Counted from the first letter of the stretch, positions 54,277 to 63,758 are shown. The stretch is DNA of 64,000 bases from a virus (IMGVR_UViG_3300050821_010761:104808-168807), one strand, 5' to 3'. Notes: generated by a model from the sequence alone, not told the origin. Made by a program: numbers and translations.

Positions 54277-55905
54277 GTGAAATCCGCCTTTGATGTATTT
54301 TCAAGTAAATTTGCTCAAGATATTTATTTGCAGAAGTATTCAAAAGATGGAGTTGAAAACTGGGCTGATACAGCGCGAAGAGTCGTAGAAGCTGTATGCT
54401 CTCAACTTCTAGATAGTAAAACAAAAGAAAAAATTTATAACGCAATTGTAGATAGAAAATTTATTCCTGGCGGTCGATACCTCTACTCTGCTGGCAGAGA
54501 ATTTCACCAGACAAATAACTGTTTTCTCTTCCGTGCGGAGGATTCCAGGGAAGCTTGGGCAGAAAATATGCACAAGATCACCGCTTCTTTAATGACGGGC
54601 GGCGGTATTGGAGTTGACTACAGTAGGTTAAGACATGAAGGCGCCGTAATTAAGCGCACTGGTGGCACATCGACTGGTCCTATAGCTTTGATGAATATGA
54701 CTAATGAAGCAGGGCGTTATATTATGCAAGGTGGCCAACGGAGATCGGCAATCTGGGCTGGACTTCTTTGGTCTCATCCCGACATATTCAAATTCATGAA
54801 TCAAAAGAATTATTCAGAAGATATGAAAGCGATGAAGCTTAAAGATTTTAATTTTCCTCTGCCGATGGAATTGACAAACATCTCCATAATTTACGATACA
54901 GAATTCTTTATCGCCATAGACAATCTAGAGCACGCAAAACATGAATTAGCTAATCGTGTATGGTTGGAAAACTGCAAACAAGCATTTGCTACGGCTGAAC
55001 CTGGAATGAGTTTCAATTTCCGAAAAGATAATGAGTCACTGCGCAATGCCTGCACTGAAGTTGTCAGTGAAGACGATTCAGATAAATGTAATCTTGGTAC
55101 GATTTGGATCAATCGCATCAAGACAAAGAACGAGATGGCTGAAATGACGAAACTTTCAACGCTTTTTCTTCTTTGTGGTGGTATTTATAGTCACACTCCC
55201 ACTGATAGGATCAAAGAAGTAGGAAACAAGAATAACAGGATCGGTCTTGGTCTTGGCGGCATTCATGAATGGCTAATGACGCGCAACCATGACTATGAGG
55301 TCGTACCAGAATTGCACAAATGGTTGTCTGTTTACGAGCAAGAATCGGATTCCGCAGCCTTCATTGGTGCTAAGCAGTTGGGAGTTTCGGTGCCTAAGGG
55401 CGTAAGGGCGATTGCTCCTACTGGAACTATAGGAATTATTGCAGAAACTACCACGGGAATCGAACCTTTGTTTTGTAAATCATACAAAAGACGTTATAGG
55501 AATTCCGAGGGCGAGTGGGTATTTCAATATGTGGTGGACGGTACCGTAAAACGACTGCTCGATCAGGGCGTGAAACTAGATGCGGTGAAAGATTCTTATG
55601 ATCTGAACTTTAAACAGCGCGTTAAATTCCAAGCGGATGTGCAAAACTACGTGGATATGGCCATTTCCAGTACTTGCAATATGCCACAATGGGGATCGGA
55701 TGCAAATAATGAGCAAAATTACGAGAAAAATGCCAAAGTCTTACTTAAATATGCAAAAAGACTGCGCGGATTTACTGTCTATCCCAATGGATCGCGCGGG
55801 GGACAACCTCTGACGAGCGTTCCTTTAGAAGAAGCTCTCAAAGATGAAGGAAAAGTATTCGAGGAGACGGAGAATACTTGCTTGAATGGAGTTTGCGGGC
55901 TATAA
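54277..55905 (+). CDS. nrdJ: ribonucleotide reductase, probably class II (adenosylcobalamin-dependent, monomeric)
   Basis: RBS AGGAG plus GTG. RNR signature segments SLMTGGGIGVDYSRLR, RNACTEV, CNLGTI and APTGT. C-terminal Cys pair CLNGVC. No beta-subunit gene nearby. Confidence 0.7.
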   Translation: MKSAFDVFSSKFAQDIYLQKYSKDGVENWADTARRVVEAVCSQLLDSKTKEKIYNAIVDRKFIPGGRYLYSAGREFHQTNNCFLFRAEDSREAWAENMHKITASLMTGGGIGVDYSRLRHEGAVIKRTGGTSTGPIALMNMTNEAGRYIMQGGQRRSAIWAGLLWSHPDIFKFMNQKNYSEDMKAMKLKDFNFPLPMELTNISIIYDTEFFIAIDNLEHAKHELANRVWLENCKQAFATAEPGMSFNFRKDNESLRNACTEVVSEDDSDKCNLGTIWINRIKTKNEMAEMTKLSTLFLLCGGIYSHTPTDRIKEVGNKNNRIGLGLGGIHEWLMTRNHDYEVVPELHKWLSVYEQESDSAAFIGAKQLGVSVPKGVRAIAPTGTIGIIAETTTGIEPLFCKSYKRRYRNSEGEWVFQYVVDGTVKRLLDQGVKLDAVKDSYDLNFKQRVKFQADVQNYVDMAISSTCNMPQWGSDANNEQNYEKNAKVLLKYAKRLRGFTVYPNGSRGGQPLTSVPLEEALKDEGKVFEETENTCLNGVCGL

Positions 55906-55911
55906 TGAATT

Positions 55912-56454
55912 ATGAAAGTAATTTTTTTAGACTTTGATGGCGTTTTAAATTCAGCTACCTCCTTTCTTTACGAAGTGAATCGCCGTAATAAACACAAAGA
56001 ACAGGGCGTAAAGGGTCCAGTCAACGAAACTCTATCTTTACATTGCTGCGCAGCATTCCAATTTGTATTAGATCAGTATCCAGACGTTAAAGTAGTGCTT
56101 TCCACTACCTGGCGCACTATGTTCACCATAGATTGGTTAAAAGCCAAGCTTGAAGAGTATCACATTGATTCATCTCGCGTTATCGATAAGACACCACAGA
56201 CTTTTGGCGGTAATAGAGGTCGCGAGATCGAAATTTGGCTACGTGATCATCCAGAAATCACGCATTTCGTGGCCATTGATGACAATGACGATGGCATATC
56301 TGCCTATTTCGGCAAGGATCGTTTCGTCCAGACGGATTGGGAACGTGGCATGGGCGTACAACATGCTGCCGAACTATGCGAAAAACTTTCTGCCAAAAAT
56401 CTTAAAAAAGTTAAAGAAAGACTGAAAAAAGAAGCCAAGGAAGATGAGGAATAG
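55912..56454 (+). CDS. small HAD-superfamily phosphatase, paralog B (HAD_SAK-like)
   Basis: VIFLDFDGVLNS, VVLSTTWR, RG-EIEIWL and VAIDDNDD motifs. Confidence 0.6.
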   Translation: MKVIFLDFDGVLNSATSFLYEVNRRNKHKEQGVKGPVNETLSLHCCAAFQFVLDQYPDVKVVLSTTWRTMFTIDWLKAKLEEYHIDSSRVIDKTPQTFGGNRGREIEIWLRDHPEITHFVAIDDNDDGISAYFGKDRFVQTDWERGMGVQHAAELCEKLSAKNLKKVKERLKKEAKEDEE

Positions 56455-57338
56455 TGGACTTAATCGACCGCCTATCTAGCAAGGGTCTCATTAAACCTCC
56501 GCCCCATGTTTTAGGTGGCACGCATTATTTGACCATAATGGGTTCCCAAGCTTATGCTGTAAATACTGATGACTCCGATCTAGACATTTATGGGTGGTGT
56601 ATTCCTGCCAAGGACATGATTTTTCCGCACCTGCGCGGCGAGATACTTGGTTTTGGTTACCAAACTCAGAGATTCGAACAATTTCAACAGCATCATGTCC
56701 AAGAAAAAGATCACAATAAAGAATACGATCTTAATATCTACAATATTGTCAAATACTTCCAGTTGGTAATGGATAATAATCCGAATATGATTGATTCTCT
56801 GTTCACTGATGAAACTTGCGTAATCAAATCCACAAAACTGTCCAATCACGTTCGCGATAATAGAAAAACTTTCCTTTGCAAAAAAGCCTGGCACACTTTT
56901 AAGGGTTATGCCTACGCTCAGATGAAGAAAATGCGTACCAAGGAGCATAACAAAGAAGGTGTAAGATACCACATGATCGAGAAGTACGGGTATGATGTAA
57001 AATTTGCTTATCATGTAGTTCGTCTACTGAATGAAGTAGAAATGATTCTAACTGAGCACGATCTGGATTTACGTCGCAACAACGATCAGCTGAAAGAGAT
57101 CCGTGCTGGTCAATGGACTATGGATCAGATCGAACAATATTTCCTCATTAAGGAACGATCTTTAGAGGAAACGTACGCCAAATCTACTCTTCGCAATCGA
57201 CCAGATGAGCCAGCTATCAAGAAAATCCTTCTTGAGGTTTTAGAGGAACATTTTGGGACGTTGCAGGGTATGGTTGAGACTGCCGATTATTACAAAGATA
57301 TGCTGAGACAAATCCAGCAGATTGTGAGCAAAGTATGA
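56454..57338 (+). CDS. Pol-beta-superfamily minimal nucleotidyltransferase
   Basis: GS...DSDLD motif (GSQAYAVNTDDSDLDIYGW) typical of the NTase fold. Embedded in the RNA-repair gene neighbourhood. Confidence 0.5.
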   Translation: MDLIDRLSSKGLIKPPPHVLGGTHYLTIMGSQAYAVNTDDSDLDIYGWCIPAKDMIFPHLRGEILGFGYQTQRFEQFQQHHVQEKDHNKEYDLNIYNIVKYFQLVMDNNPNMIDSLFTDETCVIKSTKLSNHVRDNRKTFLCKKAWHTFKGYAYAQMKKMRTKEHNKEGVRYHMIEKYGYDVKFAYHVVRLLNEVEMILTEHDLDLRRNNDQLKEIRAGQWTMDQIEQYFLIKERSLEETYAKSTLRNRPDEPAIKKILLEVLEEHFGTLQGMVETADYYKDMLRQIQQIVSKV

Positions 57339-57453
57339 CAAAAGAAGCTGTGATGTTTTCTAGCTCTGTAATCATTTCAACGTTGTTATTTGGTCTTGGG
57401 ACCACGCCAGCCCTATTTATTTTCGGCTTCATTTGGTTACTTTGGGGCGAACC

Positions 57454-57834
57454 ATGAAGTTCATCGTGGCAGGCAGCAGGACCATTCAGGAAATTACGGC
57501 TTATGGTCAGCTGGTAGAATTGCGTATTGCTAAAACGCATCCATTTTGTAATGCAACAGAGATCGTTTCTGGTACCGCCAAAGGACCAGACAAAGCTGGC
57601 GAGATCTATGGTGATTTCTATGGTATCTCCGTTACTAAATTTCCTGCAGAATGGGATAAGTATGGCAAACGTGCTGGTCCGATAAGAAACAATAAGATGG
57701 CAGTCTATGCCGATGCCCTACTTTTGATTTGGGACGGTCAGTCAAAAGGATCTAGACATATGAAACAAGCCATGCTAACATTGAATAAACCAGTGTTCGA
57801 GCTTATTTTGGAGCCATACAATGAAACGAAGTGA
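57454..57834 (+). CDS. SLOG-superfamily (DprA/LOG-like, DUF2493-type) protein
   Basis: N-terminal VAGSRTI Gly-Ser-Arg motif, SGTAKGPDKAGE and WDGQSKGSRH pattern. Confidence 0.4.
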   Translation: MKFIVAGSRTIQEITAYGQLVELRIAKTHPFCNATEIVSGTAKGPDKAGEIYGDFYGISVTKFPAEWDKYGKRAGPIRNNKMAVYADALLLIWDGQSKGSRHMKQAMLTLNKPVFELILEPYNETK

Positions 57835-58024
57835 AATGTTAAAAATCATTGAAGGTTTATTCAATTTGGCACCTAGGTTTGACAATGAAACTAACGCAGA
57901 GAATCTTTTGTCTACCTTGGAAGAAATAGGAATGCGTCCTCCATATAATGCCAGTGAAGATGATGGAGTAGATAGTTTTGAGTGGGAATCGGAAGAAGAA
58001 TTTCCTAGAAGTGGAGCGGTGTAA
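57821..58024 (+). CDS. acidic hypothetical protein (67 aa)
   Basis: Overlapping starts/stops with neighbours. Confidence 0.3.
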   Translation: MKRSEMLKIIEGLFNLAPRFDNETNAENLLSTLEEIGMRPPYNASEDDGVDSFEWESEEEFPRSGAV

Positions 58025-58941
58025 TGCCAACCCTATTCCTTTTGGTCGGTCCTCCAGGATCTGGTAAATCCACTTTTGCTAAGAACCAGATCGAAAATGG
58101 CGGCGATTTAGGTGCTGAATGCACATACGTAAATCAAGATTCTCAAGGCAAGCTTCAGCACATGGAGAATTTTCGAGAAGCGCTTCGTAATGAAAAAGAT
58201 GTATTTGTTGATCGCATGAATTTCAATCGCGCACAACGCCTTGGATACATCGAGCAAGCAAGAAAGGCTGGTTACGATGTCAAGATCCACGTTTTCCATG
58301 TTCCCTACTCGGAATGCTTGAAGCGTGCGTCTGAGAGAATTGGACACGAAACCATCCAGGATGCCGCCACAGCAGAAAAGGCAATACGATTTTTCTTCAA
58401 GTCTTATGAGAGAGTAGAAGACTGGGAAGCCGATGAAGTGATTCGCCATTATATGGAGGGCGATAAACCTAGTGCAATCTGGGTAGACCTAGATGGTACT
58501 CTATGTAATTGCGATCATAGAAGACATCATGTGCGCACCGAGAATAAGAAGAAGGATTGGTTAGCATTTTTTGGGGGCATCAAGGACGATACGGTAAACG
58601 AACCCGTGGCCAGTGTTCTAAGATCTATGAGTTGTGAGCGTGCCATAGTTTACTGTTCTGGACGGGGAGAAGAATACAGAAGCGCAACAGAACAATGGCT
58701 CAATAAACATCATCTGGATCGTTTTTATGATCCGTTGTTTGAAAGCTATACGTATGCTCATCTTTATATGAGACTTGCTGGAGATTCCAGGCAAGATTTT
58801 ATTGTAAAAGAAATTCTTTTGGACTTTGAGATACTTCCTAGATTTGCAATAGATTTTTGTCTTGATGATAGAGATCAGGTTGTGAAGATGCTTAGGGGCA
58901 GAGGATTGACAGTCTTTCAGGTAGCATATGGAGATTTTTAA
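58024..58941 (+). CDS. pseT: polynucleotide 5'-kinase/3'-phosphatase (T4 PseT-like)
   Basis: P-loop LVGPPGSGKST kinase domain plus HAD phosphatase IWVDLDGTL. C-terminal FQVAYGDF matches T4 Pnk VASGDF. Confidence 0.85.
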   Translation: MPTLFLLVGPPGSGKSTFAKNQIENGGDLGAECTYVNQDSQGKLQHMENFREALRNEKDVFVDRMNFNRAQRLGYIEQARKAGYDVKIHVFHVPYSECLKRASERIGHETIQDAATAEKAIRFFFKSYERVEDWEADEVIRHYMEGDKPSAIWVDLDGTLCNCDHRRHHVRTENKKKDWLAFFGGIKDDTVNEPVASVLRSMSCERAIVYCSGRGEEYRSATEQWLNKHHLDRFYDPLFESYTYAHLYMRLAGDSRQDFIVKEILLDFEILPRFAIDFCLDDRDQVVKMLRGRGLTVFQVAYGDF

Positions 58942-59135
58942 TGGCACCCATTGTTTTGTATCATTCTAAAACCAACAATATTGTAGTCCTAGAACCCAAT
59001 GTAGGCGAATATTGGATGAATTTTAGGATTATAACTCGTTCAGAATACGAATACCCTACTGCGTGCAGCGGATATTACGATGGTAATTTGGCTTCTTTTC
59101 TAGATGCTGGATATGAGATTGTAGGAGATTTTTAA
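58941..59135 (+). CDS. hypothetical protein (64 aa)
   Basis: TAATG overlaps. Confidence 0.3.
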   Translation: MAPIVLYHSKTNNIVVLEPNVGEYWMNFRIITRSEYEYPTACSGYYDGNLASFLDAGYEIVGDF

Positions 59136-59434
59136 TGCTTAAGATCAGAGAAGCCAAAAAAGAACTAGCAGAGAAATCGTACAGGGATATTCAAGAATCT
59201 ACAGCATGGACCTGGGCATCTCGGGGCGTGGCAAGTTATCAAAATGTCATGATCGTAAGCAAAGACAAGAAAATGGCTTATTATTTATTGGCTGAGGAAT
59301 ATTCTCATGAGGCTCGCGAACACGCTGCTCTGGTAGAAGCTGGTGCATCCAGTCTTTTGAGCCAGGTACAAGCTGCTATAGTGCCACATGCTCTAAAAGC
59401 ATGGAATCACATCGAAGATGAGTTTGGCATATGA
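59135..59434 (+). CDS. hypothetical protein (99 aa)
   Basis: ATGA overlap with the RNA ligase gene. Confidence 0.3.
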   Translation: MLKIREAKKELAEKSYRDIQESTAWTWASRGVASYQNVMIVSKDKKMAYYLLAEEYSHEAREHAALVEAGASSLLSQVQAAIVPHALKAWNHIEDEFGI

Positions 59435-60507
59435 AATACGAGATCGAAGCCTTTGAAGTTTTGGTGAAAGATGGTTATTTGAAAAGGGCTGAAAAGGGCG
59501 ACCTAGTTCTTTACGGCTATACTGATAAGACAACTTTCGAGCGAGCTTGGCAAACCAAGTACACACGCGATGCCCGTGGCATCATATTGAACAAAAATAC
59601 TGGCGAAGTCGTCGCTAAGACATTCAAAAAATTCTTCAATCTTAACGAGATGGAAGAAACACAATTGAAAAATTTACCAAATGAGCAATACGAAGTTTTT
59701 GAGAAATACGACGGCTCCATGGGTACAGCCTTCTTCCATGACAATGACTGGCACATGGCCACTCGTGGAAGTTTTACATCAGAACAAGCACTCCGTGGCC
59801 TTGCAATATTAAATAAAAACTATAATATTTCGAGACTTGATCCTAATTGCACCTATCTTGTAGAGATTATCTACCCAGAGAATAAAATAATCGTAGATTA
59901 TGGCGATAAAGAAATGCTTGTGCTGCTTGGCGTTTTCCACGTTCCCACGGGCGACGAATTGTCTTTTCAGACAGTTAGGTGCATAGCGCAAGTTACGGGA
60001 ATGCCATGTGCAGTGCAATATTTTCACACAATAGAACAGATGATCGAATTACAGAAAACGATGCCAAAAGACGAAGAGGGCTTCGTCGTTCGCTTTGAAT
60101 CTGGTTTGAGGGTAAAAATCAAAGGCGAAGAATATATGAAAATCGCCAAGATGATTTCTCAGATGTCTCCGATTTCCTTTTGGGAGTCCATGGAGAATGG
60201 TAAGGTTAAGAAAGATTATTTGCAACAGCTTCCAGAAGAGTTTAGAAAAGAATACGAGCCAATGGTAGAGAGACTCGAAAGTCTCTACGAGAAAACGTTG
60301 TTTGAAATTGCTACAGAACAGACTAAATTGCCTATTACGGAACTGAAAGATAGGAACGATCGTAAGAATCTTGGCTTGTACTTATCTAGTGGCAAGCACG
60401 ATCTTAAGCATGCTTCCGTTATGTTTGCTGTGGTCTTAAAGCAATGGGAAACGGTCAACTCATATATTATGAAGTTGATTAGGCCCACTGGAAACGTTTT
60501 GTCATGA
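59431..60507 (+). CDS. rnlA: ATP-dependent RNA ligase, T4 Rnl1-type
   Basis: Nucleotidyltransferase motif I KYDGSMG. The N-terminal RGIILNKNTGEVVAKTFKKFFNLNE block closely matches T4 Rnl1 (RGIMFE...KFFNLNE). Confidence 0.8.
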   Translation: MKYEIEAFEVLVKDGYLKRAEKGDLVLYGYTDKTTFERAWQTKYTRDARGIILNKNTGEVVAKTFKKFFNLNEMEETQLKNLPNEQYEVFEKYDGSMGTAFFHDNDWHMATRGSFTSEQALRGLAILNKNYNISRLDPNCTYLVEIIYPENKIIVDYGDKEMLVLLGVFHVPTGDELSFQTVRCIAQVTGMPCAVQYFHTIEQMIELQKTMPKDEEGFVVRFESGLRVKIKGEEYMKIAKMISQMSPISFWESMENGKVKKDYLQQLPEEFRKEYEPMVERLESLYEKTLFEIATEQTKLPITELKDRNDRKNLGLYLSSGKHDLKHASVMFAVVLKQWETVNSYIMKLIRPTGNVLS

Positions 60508-60878
60508 AGGTATTGTTTGTTGGTGATAGACCAAGCAGATTAAATAAGGACCCCAAAATCGCTTTTGTTGGCACTCCTTCTTATAAGAATTTGTTGAGAT
60601 GGATCAAAAGAATGGGAGGCATCACTGATTTCTCTGCCATCAACAGTCATGATGGTATAGATAGATCCGCAATAGCGGATTGCTGGCGTTCTGGTGGAAA
60701 AGTTGTTGCCTTGGGCAATAACGCTAGCAAAAGATTGACAAAAATTGGCATAGAACATTTTAAGCTTCCTCATCCAAGCCCATTGAATAGACAATTGAAT
60801 AATGAATATTTTATTGAGGAAAAACTGTGGGAGTGTTATTCTTATCTAAAGGAGACGTCTCGTGTGTATAATTTGTAG
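60504..60878 (+). CDS. miniature uracil-DNA-glycosylase-superfamily-like protein
   Basis: FVGDRPS (motif A-like) and HPSPLN (motif B) are present. Only 124 aa. Confidence 0.4.
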   Translation: MKVLFVGDRPSRLNKDPKIAFVGTPSYKNLLRWIKRMGGITDFSAINSHDGIDRSAIADCWRSGGKVVALGNNASKRLTKIGIEHFKLPHPSPLNRQLNNEYFIEEKLWECYSYLKETSRVYNL

Positions 60879-61062
60879 AAATCTGAATCATTTAACTTCT
60901 GAAGAAGCTATGCGCAATATTGGTGAAATGCTTATTGGGGCAAACAAAGAACATTCAAAACATTTGATGGATTTAGCTAGTAGAATTTTGGATAAGGACG
61001 TACCTATCGTCGATGCTGATTCAGACATGGATGAAAATTGGGAGAGGGAGCATAGGGAGTGA
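60862..61062 (+). CDS. hypothetical protein (66 aa)
   Basis: Packed array. No recognisable motifs. Confidence 0.3.
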   Translation: MCIICRNLNHLTSEEAMRNIGEMLIGANKEHSKHLMDLASRILDKDVPIVDADSDMDENWEREHRE

Positions 61063-61063
61063 A

Positions 61064-61387
61064 ATGAGCGTTTTGGATTCTTTAATAGTTTTCAGCTGTA
61101 TGAGTTTGTCTGGACAACAAAATATAGCTTGCAACAAAGCTCTTCAAGCTGGATCAAAACAAACACAAGTGGATCAGACTTTTAATGGCTACGAAGATCA
61201 TCAGCTGAAATTGATGGAAAAAGATGCCACTACGTTGGTTGGCCAAGATTCTTTGCAAACTATCGGAGGAACGGTGTGGTTAACCAAATCGATAGTGGAG
61301 AAAAAGGCTGATTTTGGTATAGCTAAAGATGTGGTAATGGAAATCAACATGCGCCTTGGGGAATTGATATTAAAATGGAAGTTTTGA
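61064..61387 (+). CDS. hypothetical protein (107 aa)
   Basis: RBS GGGAG plus ATG (MSVLDSL). Confidence 0.35.
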   Translation: MSVLDSLIVFSCMSLSGQQNIACNKALQAGSKQTQVDQTFNGYEDHQLKLMEKDATTLVGQDSLQTIGGTVWLTKSIVEKKADFGIAKDVVMEINMRLGELILKWKF

Positions 61388-61857
61388 AATTTCCACATCC
61401 AAATCTTTTCATTAAATGCAAAGAAGTCACCGTATTTGGTCCTGAACTGAAAGTTTTATTAGAATCGATGTGGGATACGATGATATCTAAGAACGGAATG
61501 GGTCTAGCCAGTAATCAGGTCGGTTTGGATTATCGCATGTTTACTATGAAGGGTCCAGAAGAAGAAAAACTATTCATCGTCAACCCAAAGATTTTGGTGA
61601 GCGGTCGTGCACAGGCAAATTTAAAAGAAGGCTGTCTCAGCGCTCCAGGCGAATTTCTGATTCTTGGTGAGCGTGCTATGTGGGTACAGATCCTCTATCA
61701 AGATGAAACTGGGGCACCTCACAGCCAAACGTTTGGCGGCATACACTCTGTTTGTGTGCAACATGAAATTGATCATTTAGATGGAAAATCGCATCTACAA
61801 TCAAAATCTCTTACTAGGCGCGTGAGGAGAGAAATGAAAAGAAAATGGGGCGTATGA
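61375..61857 (+). CDS. def: peptide deformylase
   Basis: All three PDF motifs: GMGLASNQVG, EGCLS and HEIDHLDG. Confidence 0.8.
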   Translation: MEVLKFPHPNLFIKCKEVTVFGPELKVLLESMWDTMISKNGMGLASNQVGLDYRMFTMKGPEEEKLFIVNPKILVSGRAQANLKEGCLSAPGEFLILGERAMWVQILYQDETGAPHSQTFGGIHSVCVQHEIDHLDGKSHLQSKSLTRRVRREMKRKWGV

Positions 61858-61999
61858 TGGAGAATTTAGATAAAAGGACCAGATCACAGCGATGGTCTGA
61901 TAATATTGCGGAATTCTGTGGCTCGTGGGGATTTGTTGAACGTGATAGAGAAAATGTGAATGGTATACATGCTAAATTAGACAAATTATTGGAGAAAAA

Positions 62000-62647
62000 A
62001 TGAAGGTTAGATTCGTTTCTTCTACTTCTGGCACAGTAGATGGCATAAGAGTCGACGCAGAAGATCTAATCGCCTATACGGCTAGAGTTTCCAATCCAGC
62101 CAATCAGATGAACCTTCAGAGTGCCCCAAAGCTTATAGAGTATCTGATCAAGAACAAACACTGGAGCCCATTTGAGATGGCTCACATGACCGTCGAGATT
62201 AAGACTTCCCGCGCTATCGCTCAACAAATCCTTCGCCATCGCTCATTCAGTTTCCAAGAATTCTCTCAGCGTTATGCTACTGCTACGGAATTTGAGCGCT
62301 ATCCCGCCAGACGACAAGACAATAAAAATCGACAAAATTCTATTGACGATCTTCCTGAGTTAACTAAGATCTGGTTCGATGAAGCTCAAAAAAGAAATGA
62401 AGAAGCTGCCTATGGCTATTACAAGCAGGCTTTGGATGCTGGCATTGCCAAAGAACAAGCGAGATTTCTTTTGCCTTTGTCCACTCAGACCACATTATAT
62501 ATGTGTGGATCAGTTCGCTCTTGGATCCACTATCTCGATCTAAGATGCGCAAATGGCACTCAACAAGAACATAAAGACATTGCAGACCAAATCAAAATCA
62601 TTTTTGGTGAGCAATTTCCAGACATCTATGTAGCTTTGGGTTGGTAA
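62000..62647 (+). CDS. thyX: flavin-dependent thymidylate synthase ThyX
   Basis: ThyX signature [14 protein letters not shown] (RHR-x7-S). Size 215 aa. Confidence 0.85.
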   Translation: MKVRFVSSTSGTVDGIRVDAEDLIAYTARVSNPANQMNLQSAPKLIEYLIKNKHWSPFEMAHMTVEIKTSRAIAQQILRHRSFSFQEFSQRYATATEFERYPARRQDNKNRQNSIDDLPELTKIWFDEAQKRNEEAAYGYYKQALDAGIAKEQARFLLPLSTQTTLYMCGSVRSWIHYLDLRCANGTQQEHKDIADQIKIIFGEQFPDIYVALGW

Positions 62648-62681
62648 TTTTTACATTTGCCAGACAAGGAATCTTATACCA

Positions 62682-63107
62682 ATGAAGATCCTTTTCCTCG
62701 ATTTTGACGGCGTAATTAAGCCTTTATACAAAGACTTTTCGAAAGAGGCATGCAAACTAGTCAACGATCTTTTGATTAAAGAGCCAGGGCTACGCATAGT
62801 CGTATCATCAAGTTGGCGTGTGTATGGTCTTCAAGAGGTTCGTGGCATTTTGAGAGAACTGGGAATAGATCCTATCAAAGTAATTGACGTCACTCCTGGC
62901 TTTCCAGAGCACGGTTTAAAAACTCGCGATCACCATATTAAGGTGTGGCTTAGGAATCACCCAGTAGACAATTTCGTGATTTTGGACGATGAGGCAGAAA
63001 TGCCTGATTTCAAGAAAAAGTATGTCAATACTGATTCTAATATTGGCTTGACTGAAAAAGATGCCGAACGAGCGCTCAGCATCCTAGAAAAGTCCAGTAA
63101 ATACTAG
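62682..63107 (+). CDS. small HAD-superfamily phosphatase, paralog C (HAD_SAK-like)
   Basis: ILFLDFDGVI, VVSSSWR, TR-HHIKVWL and VILDDE motifs. Confidence 0.6.
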   Translation: MKILFLDFDGVIKPLYKDFSKEACKLVNDLLIKEPGLRIVVSSSWRVYGLQEVRGILRELGIDPIKVIDVTPGFPEHGLKTRDHHIKVWLRNHPVDNFVILDDEAEMPDFKKKYVNTDSNIGLTEKDAERALSILEKSSKY

Positions 63108-63556
63108 GTCTTACCTGTAGAGCCAAATCCACCAGCACCACGGTCGGTTGAAGATAGTTCCTCTACAACTTCAAATTCTGCTTGTACGATTGGACAAATG
63201 ACGCCTTGGGCAATGCGTTCGCCTTTTAGAATGAAAAATCTTTCTGTTGCATACCCAGGAACCAAAGGATCGGTGTTCGTCATGATTACGCAAATTTCCC
63301 CACGGTAATCGGAATCAACTGTTCCTGGTGAATTCGCTACTCTAAGAGGGGTTTTTAATGATGTACCAGAACGCGGTCGAATCTGAAGCTCATATCCCAT
63401 TGGAATTTCTACTGAAAGTCCCGTTTTTATGAGCAGGGTTTCACCTTGATAGATTATTACGTTCTCCAAGGCCACCAGATCGAATCCAGCAGATCCTTCC
63501 GTAGCATATTTTGGCACAACGGCATCTGGATGTAATTTTTTAATTTTTACCTTCAT
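63104..63556 (-). CDS. dut: dUTP diphosphatase
   Basis: AGFDL, RPRSG, GTVDSDYRGE and RGAGGFGSTG motifs. Start at MKVKIKK with RBS GGAGGAAAA. Confidence 0.85.
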   Translation of the reverse strand: MKVKIKKLHPDAVVPKYATEGSAGFDLVALENVIIYQGETLLIKTGLSVEIPMGYELQIRPRSGTSLKTPLRVANSPGTVDSDYRGEICVIMTNTDPLVPGYATERFFILKGERIAQGVICPIVQAEFEVVEELSSTDRGAGGFGSTGKT

Positions 63557-63758
63557 TTTTCCTCCATACGTCAATTTGTTTCTCAAGCCGAAAGGATTGA
63601 TCAATCAGCCACTTCTCGGATTCTCTGGGTGGATTGCTGATAAATTTGTCTGTAAATTTTACACACAGTTCCAACCATTCGCCGTGATCTTTGGGTAACC
63701 TATCGATCAGTGTCTGCCCTTTACGTTGTTTCTTGGGCCTCTTACTGGTTTTCTTCAT
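63540..63758 (-). CDS. basic hypothetical protein (72 aa)
   Basis: Upstream of dut in the same orientation. Lys/Arg-rich N-terminus. Confidence 0.35.
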   Translation of the reverse strand: MKKTSKRPKKQRKGQTLIDRLPKDHGEWLELCVKFTDKFISNPPRESEKWLIDQSFRLEKQIDVWRKNEGKN

